From the NCBI GenBank assembly GCA_016788165.1, contig JAEUTH010000028.1:13978-77977 (forward strand): a DNA stretch of 64,000 nt, read 5' to 3'. The notes beneath the pieces are model-generated. The model was not told the DNA's origin. It made no database searches and was given only the letters and a program-made list of their open reading frames with translations. This stretch comes from Bacteroidia bacterium (GTDB lineage Bacteria; Bacteroidota; Bacteroidia; AKYH767-A; OLB10). Below, in pieces: positions 51,679-62,567 of this stretch. A program made the translations under genes and the position numbers. How positions within the stretch are numbered: position 1 is the stretch's first letter; each line of letters opens with the position of its first letter.

Positions 51679-53595
51679 ATGGTTTCTAAAAATTTACTGA
51701 GTATTGTTTTGGTGCTCGTTGTTGCTGTTTTTTATGGCAATACATTACGCAACGAATTTGCATTGGATGATTTAATTGTGCTTACAGGCAATAAGTTTAC
51801 CCAGCAAGGTTTTGCAGGCATACCCGACTTATTAACCCACGATGCATTTGTAGGCGCTTATGGTGAAGCGTTAAATTTAAGTGGAGGTAGGTACCGTCCG
51901 TTTAGTATGGTAATGTTTGCCATCGAAAAAGAAATTTTTGGATACACACCTGTGGTATTTCATTTTTTTAATGTGTTTAGTTTTGCCTGCACGGTAGTGC
52001 TAATTTTTTGGGTGCTTATCAGGCTGTTACCACAAAGCCATATTTTATTGCCATTTACGGCCGCCTGGTTGTTTGGCATACATCCCATTCATACCGAAGT
52101 GGTAGCCAATATTAAAAGTCGCGATGAAATTTATGCACTCCTGTTTTCATTATGGGTACTTTACTTATTGATACCAGTAGCTAATCAAAGTAAAAGCAAA
52201 ACAAAAATTACGAATGAAAAGAAGGGTGTAAAAAATGTAACCATGCCTGTGCAGTCAACAAAACCACAACAAACCACATGCGTTTTGAAAGTGTATTTAT
52301 ATGCACCCATTTTATTTTTTTTGGCATTACTTTCAAAAGAAGTAGCCATTGTTTTTTTAGCATTAATACCTATAGCATTGTGGTTGTTTGCTAATAAAAA
52401 TGTAAAAACTATTGCAAAGCAAACAGCACCTTTAGTAATAATAACGATAGGCTACCTTGCTTTACGCAGTTATTATGCCGGTACCGTAGGCGATCGTGTT
52501 ACTACCGATATCATGGACGACTCCTATCTCTATGCAACCCTTATGCAAAAATGGGCAACCATTACACAAGTTCAATTGCGTTATTTGGGTTTACTTATTT
52601 TCCCATATCCATTAAGCTTCGATTATTCATTCAATCAAATACCCTTAGTAAATTGGAGTAACGTATGGGTTATAATTAGTGTAATCATACACATAGCACT
52701 CCTGTTATTTGCCATACTATTTATTAAAAGACAAAAGCTGTTGAGCTTTGGCATACTTGTATATTTTGCAGGCTTTGTATTGGTAAGCAACCTGTTTTTT
52801 AATATTGGTACCAGTATGGCCGAGCGTTTTGCATACATGCCATCTTTAGGTTTTTGTTTAGCACTGGCATTTTTAATTTTCAAAGTTTTGAAGTTAGGTG
52901 AAATGCCCTCCAATAAATTTTCAACATCGTATATTGCTATAGTTATTGTGATAAGCTTGATAGCTGGCGCGCAAACCATTGCGCGTAATGCCGATTGGAA
53001 AAACAATTTTTCACTTTACACGGCCGATATAAATAAGGTGCCTAACAGTGCACGGGCACAATTATACTACGGTATCGAAAACATTGGGCCCTACCAGCAA
53101 ACAGGCGATGTAACCTACATCAACAATGCCATTACAGCAATTACCAGGGCTACGTTAATTAATCCGCAATTTCATTATGCCTGGCATAACTTAGGTGTTG
53201 CTTATCAAACAATCAATAAATGGCCTGAGTCTGTTACCTGTTATCAAAAAGTACTGCAACTGCAACCGGGTAACGAACAAGCTTACTATGGTTTAGGTTT
53301 AGCCTATGGCAAGGGACTGAATCAACCAAACAAAGCCATTCCTTATTTCAGCACATTGGTTGACAGCCTGAAACTTACGCGCCCCGATTATTTTGAAGGC
53401 CTTGGATTATGTTATGCTACGCAAGGACAATGGCAACAAGCATTACAAAGTTTTAAACGTGGTATTTCATTCAATCCGGCTTCGGGTAAATTGTATTACG
53501 ATGTAGCTATTACTTATGCCAATGCAGGATATGCTGATAGCAGTAAAATTTATTTTGATCAGGCATTTATGTTAGACCCTTCACTAAAGCGGTAA
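51679..53595 (+). CDS. TMTC-like (DUF1736) GT-C membrane glycosyltransferase with TPR repeats
   Basis: FALDD, YRP, HPIHTEVVANI..RDE, LLSKE, PYPLSFDYS, AERFAYMPSLG, RNADW, C-terminal TPRs; start set at 51679. Confidence 0.85.
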   Translation: MVSKNLLSIVLVLVVAVFYGNTLRNEFALDDLIVLTGNKFTQQGFAGIPDLLTHDAFVGAYGEALNLSGGRYRPFSMVMFAIEKEIFGYTPVVFHFFNVFSFACTVVLIFWVLIRLLPQSHILLPFTAAWLFGIHPIHTEVVANIKSRDEIYALLFSLWVLYLLIPVANQSKSKTKITNEKKGVKNVTMPVQSTKPQQTTCVLKVYLYAPILFFLALLSKEVAIVFLALIPIALWLFANKNVKTIAKQTAPLVIITIGYLALRSYYAGTVGDRVTTDIMDDSYLYATLMQKWATITQVQLRYLGLLIFPYPLSFDYSFNQIPLVNWSNVWVIISVIIHIALLLFAILFIKRQKLLSFGILVYFAGFVLVSNLFFNIGTSMAERFAYMPSLGFCLALAFLIFKVLKLGEMPSNKFSTSYIAIVIVISLIAGAQTIARNADWKNNFSLYTADINKVPNSARAQLYYGIENIGPYQQTGDVTYINNAITAITRATLINPQFHYAWHNLGVAYQTINKWPESVTCYQKVLQLQPGNEQAYYGLGLAYGKGLNQPNKAIPYFSTLVDSLKLTRPDYFEGLGLCYATQGQWQQALQSFKRGISFNPASGKLYYDVAITYANAGYADSSKIYFDQAFMLDPSLKR

Positions 53596-53679
53596 TTACT
53601 TGTTACAGTTTAGTTTAATTTAATTTGGGCTTTTACTTTTTTAAAATTACTAGGCAGCTATCATTAAATTTGCAAGCTT

Positions 53680-55011
53680 ATGAATAACGAGCAAGGCTTT
53701 ACGCAGTTTAAACTAAACAAGCAAATTTTTAATGCAATTGCCGAAACCGGTTTTACTGAGCCTACAGCTATTCAGCGAAAGGCCATAACGCCCATACTTG
53801 CTGGGCAAGAAGTTATTGGTATTGCACAAACCGGTACCGGTAAAACAGCTGCTTATTTATTACCACTAATTAAAATGTTGGGTTATGCACAAGGTGTGCA
53901 TCCGCGTGCATTAATTGTTATACCCACACGCGAACTTGCACAACAGGTAGCAAACAATTTTACCTTGTTTGCCAAATACACTGACTTGCGTTGCACCGTT
54001 GCAATAGGCGCCACCGGTAGTAAGAAACAAATTGAAGCCATTGAAGCCGGCATTGATATTTTGATTGCAACGCCAGGGCGTTTGTTAGAGTTGTATAGCG
54101 AAGGACATCTTATTCTAAAAAAAATTGAATACTTTGTTTTAGATGAAGCCGAGCGGTTGATGGACATAAGTTTTATGCGGCAGCTATATGCTTTGTTAGA
54201 GGTGTTGCCCCGCAAGCGTAAGCATTACTTATTTAGCGCTACCATGAGCGATTTGGTTAAAAAAATTGCAGCCGATTTTGTGGCATTTCCAACTGTAATA
54301 GAAATTGAACCCGAACAAAAAACAGCTAAAACCATTACGCAACTTGCTTATGCATTGCCTAATTTAAAAACCAAACTTAATCTGTTAACCTATCTGTTAA
54401 AGCAAACAACTGAGGTTGGTGTAATTATAAAAAAGCTCATTGTTTTTTGCCGTAGTAAAGAAACAGCTAACAACTTGTATAAATATTTTACACGTATTAA
54501 TGGGGCTGACTATGCCACAGTGGTGCATGGTAATAAAGCACAGCAAAGTCGCCTGAATGCCGTAAATAATTTTACACATCAAGCCATTACCATGCTTATT
54601 GCTACCGATGTAGCGGCCCGTGGTATTGATGTTGCTGATGTTACACATGTTATAAATTTTGATTTGCCGTTGATTATTGAAGATTACATACATCGTATCG
54701 GACGTACCGGTCGTGCCTTTAACGAAGGTTGTGCAATTTCGTTTGTTACCGAAGCTGATATGTTTTACTGGCATCAAATAGAAAAACGCATTGGGCAGAA
54801 AATTAGCTTTACCAACCTACCGCAAGAAGTAACTGTTGAGGCCACAACATTTGACGAACATCAGCATATGCAACGTGAAATTGACCGTCAAAGACGTAAA
54901 ACCGATCCTGATTTTAAAGGCGCATTTCACCAAAAAAAGCGTAACAAACCCGAGCAAACAGCAACAAGGAAAAAAGTGCGTTTCGATAAACCCCGTAAGC
55001 TGAAAGGATAA
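53680..55011 (+). CDS. DEAD-box RNA helicase (motif II reads DEAE)
   Basis: Q motif PTAIQ, AQTGTGKT, PTRELA, TPGRL, DEAE, SAT, ARGID, HRIGRTGR. Confidence 0.93.
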   Translation: MNNEQGFTQFKLNKQIFNAIAETGFTEPTAIQRKAITPILAGQEVIGIAQTGTGKTAAYLLPLIKMLGYAQGVHPRALIVIPTRELAQQVANNFTLFAKYTDLRCTVAIGATGSKKQIEAIEAGIDILIATPGRLLELYSEGHLILKKIEYFVLDEAERLMDISFMRQLYALLEVLPRKRKHYLFSATMSDLVKKIAADFVAFPTVIEIEPEQKTAKTITQLAYALPNLKTKLNLLTYLLKQTTEVGVIIKKLIVFCRSKETANNLYKYFTRINGADYATVVHGNKAQQSRLNAVNNFTHQAITMLIATDVAARGIDVADVTHVINFDLPLIIEDYIHRIGRTGRAFNEGCAISFVTEADMFYWHQIEKRIGQKISFTNLPQEVTVEATTFDEHQHMQREIDRQRRKTDPDFKGAFHQKKRNKPEQTATRKKVRFDKPRKLKG

Positions 55012-55898
55012 TGCAAAAGGTTTCTCAAAGTAAAGGTCAAACAATGGCTTGGTTGCTTATTGCTGCACTGGCAGTAATTTGGGGTAGTTCATTTATTTTA
55101 ATGAAACGGGGCCTGGTGTCATTAACTTTTGATCAGGTGGCAGCATTACGCATGTTTACAGCCTTTTTAGCCGTATTTCCTTTTGCTGTTAGTGGTGTAA
55201 AACAAGTGCTACCACATCAATGGAAGTTTATTGCCCTATCAGGTTTGCTTGGTAATTTAATACCTGCTTTTTTATTTCCATTTGCACAAACCATGATTGC
55301 CAGTAACATGGCCGGTATGCTTAATGCCCTTACACCCGTATTTGTGTTGTTGGTGGGCAAATGGATGTTTGGTATTAAGTCGTCAAGACATGCCATAGCC
55401 GGTGTTTTTATTGGCCTGGCTGGCGCTATCGGTTTAATACTTACGCGCTCGCAAGGTGCCATTGGCAGCAATTCGGCTTATGGCTTATATATTATTTTGG
55501 CTTGCTTATGTTATGGTACCAGTGTAAATATTTTGCGAAGTAAACTGCATGAGTTAAATCCCATAATTATTACCGGTTTTGCATTAATGTTTGCAGGTGT
55601 GCCAAGTGGTATATATTTATTTAATACCGATTTTTTGGAGTGTGCTTTATTACCACAATCGCAAAAAAGTTTGATAGCCATTTGTATTTTAGGTGTAGTA
55701 GGGTCGGGGTTAAGTACCGTGTTGTTTAATAAACTAATTAAAAACACATCGGCATTAGCTGCTTCATCGGTAACGTATTTAATACCGGTAGTTGCATTAA
55801 TTTGGGGCTTATACGACCATGAAACCATGGGTGTAATGCACATTATAAGTATGCTGGTTATTTTATCGGGTGTGTATCTGATCAATAAAAAAACGTAG
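55011..55898 (+). CDS. DMT/EamA family transporter
   Basis: IWGSSFILMK, about 10 TM segments in two EamA repeats; TAATG overlap with the helicase gene. Confidence 0.9.
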   Translation: MQKVSQSKGQTMAWLLIAALAVIWGSSFILMKRGLVSLTFDQVAALRMFTAFLAVFPFAVSGVKQVLPHQWKFIALSGLLGNLIPAFLFPFAQTMIASNMAGMLNALTPVFVLLVGKWMFGIKSSRHAIAGVFIGLAGAIGLILTRSQGAIGSNSAYGLYIILACLCYGTSVNILRSKLHELNPIIITGFALMFAGVPSGIYLFNTDFLECALLPQSQKSLIAICILGVVGSGLSTVLFNKLIKNTSALAASSVTYLIPVVALIWGLYDHETMGVMHIISMLVILSGVYLINKKT

Positions 55899-55940
55899 GT
55901 TTTTTTAAAACCGCACTTCTGTTTTTTGAAAAAAAAAAAT

Positions 55941-56663
55941 TTAGCGCAGAATAAAATTTTGTCCCAGATAAAGTCTGCGTACTTCAGGGTCGTCAGCTAA
56001 CTCGGGTGCTGTACCTGCTTTTAGTATTTTGCCTTCATACAACAAGTAAGCTCTGTCGGTAATGCTTAATGTTTCATGCACATTATGATCGGTAATAAGT
56101 ATGCCAATGTTTTTGGTTTTAAGTTTAGCCACAATGTGTTGTATATCTTCAACAGCAATGGGGTCAACACCGGCAAAGGGCTCATCCAATAAAATAAATT
56201 TTGGGTTTACGGCTAAGGCACGTGCAATTTCAGTTCTGCGTCTTTCACCACCACTTAGTACATTGCCAATGTACTTACGTTTATGGGTCAGGTTAAATTC
56301 TTCAAGTAACGAGTCGCATTTTTCGCGCTGTTCTTTAGGGGAAAGGTTGGTAAATTCTAATACCGATAAAATATTATCCTCAATGCTTAATGATCTGAAA
56401 ACGCTTGCCTCTTGTGCAAGGTAACCAATACCTAAACGTGCCCTGCGATACATAGGCTCGGCAGTAATATCTTTTTGATCTAAAAATATACGGCCTTCAT
56501 TGGGCCTTATTAACCCAACGGTCATATAAAAGGTTGTGGTTTTACCGGCACCATTTGGGCCCAGTAATCCCACAATTTCGCCTTGTTCAACCTGTATGCT
56601 TACATCGTTTACAACCGTACGACTTTTGTAGCGTTTAATTAAATTTTCGGCTCGTAACAGCAT
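55941..56663 (-). CDS. lptB: LPS export ABC transporter ATPase
   Basis: [38 protein letters not shown]. Confidence 0.96.
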   Translation of the reverse strand: MLLRAENLIKRYKSRTVVNDVSIQVEQGEIVGLLGPNGAGKTTTFYMTVGLIRPNEGRIFLDQKDITAEPMYRRARLGIGYLAQEASVFRSLSIEDNILSVLEFTNLSPKEQREKCDSLLEEFNLTHKRKYIGNVLSGGERRRTEIARALAVNPKFILLDEPFAGVDPIAVEDIQHIVAKLKTKNIGILITDHNVHETLSITDRAYLLYEGKILKAGTAPELADDPEVRRLYLGQNFILR

Positions 56664-56692
56664 GTAATTTTTGTTGGCAGGCGTAAGATTGA

Positions 56693-58531
56693 TTAAGCAC
56701 TTACTTCTACAATTTTATTTAATATTTCAGTGGCACTAAACGGATTACCTTTTATTTTATTTAAGCCTATAGCAGGTATCATAAACTCATTGCGTATGAT
56801 GCCTAATAATTGTCCGGTATTCATTTCCGGTATTAATACTTTATCAAAGCCTGCAACTAAACTGCCTAAATTTTTCGGAAAAGGTTTCATATAGCGTACA
56901 TGTGCATGCGATACATCTAAACCCTGTGCGCGTGCAGCTATTACAGCGCTTTTAATGGCCCCGTAAGTACTGCCCCATCCTAAAACCAATAGTTTGCCAC
57001 TTTCATTGCCGTTATCAATGTTTTGCAAAGGAATAGAGTCGGCAACCTTGTTTACTTTGGCTTCGCGCATGCGAACCATAAACTCATGGTTATCGCTTTC
57101 GTAACTAATGTTGCCGGTTTCATGTTGTTTCTCTAAGCCTCCAATACGATGCTCTAAGCCGGGTGTACCGGGTATTGCCCAAGGGCGCGATAATTTATCA
57201 TCACGTTTGTAAGGCAAATATTTTTCGCCTCCGTTTTTGTCTTTTGCAAAATCAACTTTAATCTTTGGCAAATCGGCTTGCGTTGGAAAACGCCAAGGCT
57301 CGGCACCGTTGGCAATGTAACCGTCACTTAAAAACATAACGGGAGTCATATACTCAATTGCAATGCGGCAGGCTTCCAGCACCATGGTAAAGCAATCGCT
57401 GGGTGTACAGGCGGCCACTATGGGCATGGGTGCTTCGCCATTACGGCCATGTAAGGCCTGCAATAAATCACTTTGTTCGGTTTTGGTTGGCAAGCCTGTT
57501 GACGGGCCCCCGCGTTGTACGTTTATAATTACCAAAGGCATTTCTAACATAACACCTAATCCCATTGCTTCGCCTTTTAACGCAATACCGGGACCCGATG
57601 AAGCCGTAACTGCAAGTGCACCACCAAATGCCGCGCCTATGGTAGCACAAATGGCCGCTATTTCATCTTCGGCCTGGAAGGTGCGCACATTCATGTTTTT
57701 GTACTTGGCCAATTCATGTAAAATATCAGAAGCAGGCGTTATGGGGTAGGTGCCGTAAAACATGGGCAAACCCGATTGCTGTGTAGCCGCTATCAAGCCT
57801 AAGGCTGTTGCCTGATTACCCATAATGCTGCGGTATGTACCGGGTTTCATGGGTGCAGCACCAATATGATAACGGGTTATGATGGTTTCTGTTGTATCGC
57901 CATAAGCATATCCGGCTTTTAATATGCGGATGTTGGCATCTAATATTTCGGGCTTTTTCGAAAATTTTTCGGTAAGGAATTTTATCGAAGCGTCTAACGA
58001 CCTGCTGTACATCCAGTACAAAAAGCCTAACACAAACATGTTTTTGCTTCGGTCAATTTCTTTAGTTCCCATGCCGCTTTCGCTTAAGGCAGCACGTGTT
58101 AGTTTGGTAACATCAATTTTTATTAAGCGGAAACCATCCAAACTATTATCGTCAAGCGGATTTACAGCAACATTAGCCAGACGCAAGTTTTTAGGATCAA
58201 ACCCATCAATATTGGCAATGATGGTACCGCCTTTTTTAAGGCCTTTAATATTGGCTTTTAAAGCGGCTGCATTCATGGCCACCAACACATCGCAGGTGTC
58301 GCCCGGTGTATAAATGTTTACACTGCCAAAATGTAACTGGTACCCACTAACGCCTGCCAGTGTACCTATTGGGGCGCGTATCTCGGCAGGGAAATCAGGA
58401 AACGTACTTAAATCATTACCCAATAAGGCTGCAGTTGTTGTAAATTGTGTACCGGTTAACTGCATACCATCGCCCGAGTCGCCAGCAAATTTTATAATTA
58501 CCTGTTCTAAAACTTCTGTAGTATTTTCCAT
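56693..58531 (-). CDS. korA: 2-oxoacid:ferredoxin oxidoreductase alpha subunit
   Basis: [48 protein letters not shown]; start set at 58531. Confidence 0.93.
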   Translation of the reverse strand: MENTTEVLEQVIIKFAGDSGDGMQLTGTQFTTTAALLGNDLSTFPDFPAEIRAPIGTLAGVSGYQLHFGSVNIYTPGDTCDVLVAMNAAALKANIKGLKKGGTIIANIDGFDPKNLRLANVAVNPLDDNSLDGFRLIKIDVTKLTRAALSESGMGTKEIDRSKNMFVLGFLYWMYSRSLDASIKFLTEKFSKKPEILDANIRILKAGYAYGDTTETIITRYHIGAAPMKPGTYRSIMGNQATALGLIAATQQSGLPMFYGTYPITPASDILHELAKYKNMNVRTFQAEDEIAAICATIGAAFGGALAVTASSGPGIALKGEAMGLGVMLEMPLVIINVQRGGPSTGLPTKTEQSDLLQALHGRNGEAPMPIVAACTPSDCFTMVLEACRIAIEYMTPVMFLSDGYIANGAEPWRFPTQADLPKIKVDFAKDKNGGEKYLPYKRDDKLSRPWAIPGTPGLEHRIGGLEKQHETGNISYESDNHEFMVRMREAKVNKVADSIPLQNIDNGNESGKLLVLGWGSTYGAIKSAVIAARAQGLDVSHAHVRYMKPFPKNLGSLVAGFDKVLIPEMNTGQLLGIIRNEFMIPAIGLNKIKGNPFSATEILNKIVEVSA

Positions 58532-58803
58532 GATGCTAATTTTTATTGAATAATTAAAGTTTGCAAAAATAAGAGGTTGCCATTGGTTTGCAAGTAAGCT
58601 AAATTTGAAACAAAGCAAAACCTTTATTAAATCCTTGTTTTATTTTGAACAAATGTTTTTTAAGCAATTAAACATTTACAGCAAAACTGAAACCAGCTTG
58701 CATTTGCATCTTATAAAAATGTTTGCGTATTAACCCAATTGAGCATACACGATTTATCCATGGTAAGAAAAGGCGTTTTATACATTTGCACACTAATTTA
58801 TAC

Positions 58804-59679
58804 ATGATGCATAAAGCCGGATTTGTAAACATTATAGGTAAGCCTAACGTAGGCAAAAGCACTTTGCTTAATGTATTGCTGGGCGAAAATCTGGCAATTG
58901 TAAACCCCAAAGCACAAACTACCCGTCACAGAATTAAAGGCGTTTTAAACGGTACCGATTATCAGATTGTTTTTTCGGATACGCCCGGTATAATGAAACC
59001 GGCATACAAACTACACCATAAAATGTTAGATGCCGTAAACGAAACTTTTACCGATGCTGATGTTATGATTTACGTTGCCGAAATTGGCGAAACAGAAATG
59101 GATGATGGTTTGAAGGAAAAATTAAAAACCTTAAAAGTGCCTGTGTTTTTGGTGCTCAACAAAATGGATACCATCAATCAGGAACAGTTAGAGAATGCAT
59201 TGCAGCATTGGAAATCGGTTTTCGATTTTACAACCATTATTCCAATATCGGCATTGCATAAATTTAATACGGCATTTATAATCGAAAATATTATAAAACA
59301 TTTGCCCTTTGCCGATGCTTATTATGATAAAGAAACACTAACCGACAGAAATGAACGCTTCTTTGTAACTGAGATATTACGCGAAAAAATTTTAAGCCTG
59401 TATCAAAAAGAAATACCCTACAGTACCGAAGTTGCCATTGTTTATTTTAAAGATGAACCTAATATCAGTAAAATAGGAACGGTAATATATGTGGAGCGCG
59501 AGTCGCAAAAAGCAATAGTGTTAGGACATCAGGGAAAAGCCATAAAACGGTTAGGAACGGAGGCTCGCAAAAGCATGGAAACTTTTTTAGGTCGGAAAGT
59601 TTTTTTAGAAATTACTGTAAAAGTTCAAGATGGATGGCGCGATAATGATGCTGCCCTTAAAAAATTTGGCTACGAGTAA
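58804..59679 (+). CDS. era: GTPase Era
   Basis: GKPNVGKST, QTTR, DTPG, NKMD, KH domain; TACATTTG promoter at 58781-58788 supports the start at 58804/58807. Confidence 0.96.
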   Translation: MMHKAGFVNIIGKPNVGKSTLLNVLLGENLAIVNPKAQTTRHRIKGVLNGTDYQIVFSDTPGIMKPAYKLHHKMLDAVNETFTDADVMIYVAEIGETEMDDGLKEKLKTLKVPVFLVLNKMDTINQEQLENALQHWKSVFDFTTIIPISALHKFNTAFIIENIIKHLPFADAYYDKETLTDRNERFFVTEILREKILSLYQKEIPYSTEVAIVYFKDEPNISKIGTVIYVERESQKAIVLGHQGKAIKRLGTEARKSMETFLGRKVFLEITVKVQDGWRDNDAALKKFGYE

Positions 59680-59864
59680 ACAGTCTAGGCTTAGCACTTT
59701 TAGGTAAATCAGATAACACCATTTAGTACTTTACTGCGATAAGTATAAAACTGATATTCAATTTGATTTATGTTTGCTGATTAAGTGATAACCGCATTAA
59801 ATAATGCTAACCGTTAGCAACATCATATACATTGATAAATTATAGCTTAATTAAATTATAAAAA

Positions 59865-59872
59865 TACATTTG
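59865..59872 (+). promoter_or_regulatory. -7 promoter element upstream of the TPP riboswitch
   Basis: TACATTTG, 6 nt before the aptamer. Confidence 0.7.
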
Positions 59873-59878
59873 CAGCCA

Positions 59879-59955
59879 GTTAAAGGGGTGCCCCAGGTTT
59901 GGGCTGAGATTATACCCTGTAACCTGAACAAGTTAGTACTTGCGTAGGGATTAAC
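59879..59955 (+). ncRNA. TPP riboswitch
   Basis: P1 GTTAA/TTAAC; GGGGTGCC...GGGCTGAGA-TTATACCC...AACCTGA...CAAGT/ACTTG-CGTAGGGA. Confidence 0.92.
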
Positions 59956-60016
59956 AGAAGCTGTACTTTAAAACAGCAGCATGTGGCACCTTTAAACTGC
60001 TTAAAATTTAATTCAC

Positions 60017-62467
60017 ATGCTTTTAAAAAAAATCAACTTCGCACTACTATTAATGTTTTGTGTTTTTGCTTGCACTGCGCAACATGCATTGCTGAGTGGC
60101 AGCGTTGCCGATGCCGACAATGGCAAACCTTTAATAGCGGCAACTATTCAGGTTAACAATACCTATATAGCAACAGTAACAAATGCTTCGGGCAAATTTA
60201 CAATCAACCAAAAGATAAATTTTCCGGCAACATTTACAGTAAGTTATATTGGTTACGAACAACAGGTAATACATATTTTACGTGCAGATAGTGTTTTACA
60301 TGTAAAACTAAAAAGGCAGGCTTACTTAAATGCCGAAGTAGCTGTAAGCGCCACCAAAGCTCAGGCTGATATGGCAATGGCCTATACCAACTTAAATAAA
60401 GATGAAATTGCTACAAACAATTTTAGTCAGGATATGCCCTATATTTTGCAACTGCAACCCAGTACGGTTGCTACCAGCGATGCAGGTACCGGTATCGGAT
60501 ATACAGGCATAAGAATAAGAGGTACCGATGCATCGCGTATAAATGTGATGATAAATGGCATACCATTAAACGACCCCGAGTCGCAACAACTTTACTGGGT
60601 TAACGTACCCGATATTGCCAGCAGTGCCGATCAAATACAAGTGCAACGTGGCGTAGGTACTTCTACCAATGGCGGCAATGCCTTTGGTGCAAGTATTAAT
60701 ATTACTTCGGGCAAACCACAGTTAACACCATACGCACAAGCGGGTTTGGGCATAGGCTCGTTTAATACGTTGCAACGGAACTTAAAATTGAGCACCGGTT
60801 TATTAGCCGATCATTTTGTAGTGGAGGGCAGGTTTTCGCATATAACTTCAAACGGGTATGTGGATAGAGCAGAAGCCGACTTGCTTTCATTTTTAATAAG
60901 TGGTACTTACCTGGGTGCTAAAAGTTCGTTGCGTTTTAATTTGATGACAGGAATTGAAAAAACCTATCAGGCATGGAACGGTGTACCACAATCACGCATT
61001 GAAAACGATGTACCGGGTATGCTGGCTTTTATTGACAGAAATTACTTAGACTCGGCACAGGCGCAAAATCTGCTGCAATCGGGCCGCACGTATAACTACT
61101 TTACATACGATAACCAAACCGATAATTACAAACAAAAACATTTGCAATTATTTTACTCAACACAATTAAGCCACGCCCTCGATTTGCACGTTGCCTTACA
61201 TTATACTTTGGGCAAAGGTTATTACGAAGAGTATAAAACGCAACAGGCATTAACGCAGTATCAGATGGAGTTGCCTGTTGTTGGAAACGACACAGTAAAT
61301 TATAGCGATTTAATCAGGCGTAAGTGGTTGGACAATGATTTTTATGGGGGTAACTTTTCGATGAATTATAATGCCGGTGCTTTTAAATTAATTTGGGGTG
61401 GTGCCTTAAACCAATATAGTGGCAAACATTTTGGCCGTGTTATGTGGGCACAATTTGCCGGTAATAATCCCATTGACTATGAATATTATTTTAACGATGC
61501 CCTTAAAACCGATGCAAGTATTTATACGAAAGCAACTTACACATTTGGCGATAAGTTAATAGCATTTGGCGATTTGCAATACCGGCATGTAGCATATCGC
61601 TTTCAAGGCATTGACGCCAATTTGCAAAGTGTACCGCAAACAGAAAAGCGCAACTTTTTTAATCCGAAAATGGGTATTACCTATCACATATCGCAACAGC
61701 AAAATGCTTATGCATCATTTAGCGTTGCCAATCACGAACCGTCACGCGATGATTATATAAATTCAAGCACGGCATCGCGACCTAAGCATGAAACCTTGTA
61801 TGATTTAGAAGCCGGTTACCGTTATACTGCACGTAATTTTAATGCAGGTATTAATTATTATTTGATGTTATATAAAAATCAGTTGGTGCTTTCGGGCAAA
61901 ATAAATGATGTAGGCGAATACACACGCACCAATATGGATAACAGTTTTAGAGAAGGTATAGAAATGGATGCAGCCGTAAGGTTTTGTAAATGGTTGGAAT
62001 TAAAAGGTAATCTAACCTTAAGCCGTGCTATTATCAAACAATTTACAGCCTATATTGATAATTATGACACCGGTTTACAAACAGCACATACTTTCGAAAA
62101 TGTTGACATTGCATTTTCGCCCAATGTTGTAAGTAATTTAATTGCAGAGTTTTATGTGATAAAAAATTTGTCGGCACAAGTTATCGGCCAATACATTGGC
62201 AAACAGTTTCTGGATAACACAGCCAACAGTAACAAAGCTTTGGCAGCATACGGCTTAATAAACCTGCGCGCTTTTTATAAAATAGATGCCTTAAAAAAAA
62301 TACCGGCTTTAGACTTAGGTTTACAGGTAAACAATTTGCTTAACCACTCCTACAGTGCCAATGGTTACACCTACTCATACATAAGTGGCGGCACAGCGGT
62401 TGCCGAAAATTTTTATTTTCCTCAAGCCGGTACCCAATGGATGCTGCAATTAAAAGTATTGTTTTAA
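60017..62467 (+). CDS. TonB-dependent receptor, probable thiamine uptake
   Basis: Signal peptide, plug SDAGTGIGYT.IRIRG...NGIPLND, QRGVGTS, terminal Phe; preceded by a TPP riboswitch. Confidence 0.9.
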   Translation: MLLKKINFALLLMFCVFACTAQHALLSGSVADADNGKPLIAATIQVNNTYIATVTNASGKFTINQKINFPATFTVSYIGYEQQVIHILRADSVLHVKLKRQAYLNAEVAVSATKAQADMAMAYTNLNKDEIATNNFSQDMPYILQLQPSTVATSDAGTGIGYTGIRIRGTDASRINVMINGIPLNDPESQQLYWVNVPDIASSADQIQVQRGVGTSTNGGNAFGASINITSGKPQLTPYAQAGLGIGSFNTLQRNLKLSTGLLADHFVVEGRFSHITSNGYVDRAEADLLSFLISGTYLGAKSSLRFNLMTGIEKTYQAWNGVPQSRIENDVPGMLAFIDRNYLDSAQAQNLLQSGRTYNYFTYDNQTDNYKQKHLQLFYSTQLSHALDLHVALHYTLGKGYYEEYKTQQALTQYQMELPVVGNDTVNYSDLIRRKWLDNDFYGGNFSMNYNAGAFKLIWGGALNQYSGKHFGRVMWAQFAGNNPIDYEYYFNDALKTDASIYTKATYTFGDKLIAFGDLQYRHVAYRFQGIDANLQSVPQTEKRNFFNPKMGITYHISQQQNAYASFSVANHEPSRDDYINSSTASRPKHETLYDLEAGYRYTARNFNAGINYYLMLYKNQLVLSGKINDVGEYTRTNMDNSFREGIEMDAAVRFCKWLELKGNLTLSRAIIKQFTAYIDNYDTGLQTAHTFENVDIAFSPNVVSNLIAEFYVIKNLSAQVIGQYIGKQFLDNTANSNKALAAYGLINLRAFYKIDALKKIPALDLGLQVNNLLNHSYSANGYTYSYISGGTAVAENFYFPQAGTQWMLQLKVLF

Positions 62468-62567
62468 ACGGTTGGGTTTTTAAAACAGTTTTGTTTATAT
62501 CATCATGCAAGCCCTTAGCAGTATGCATAAAAAGCGTTTACATTTATCGGCCTAAAGTGTTTACATT

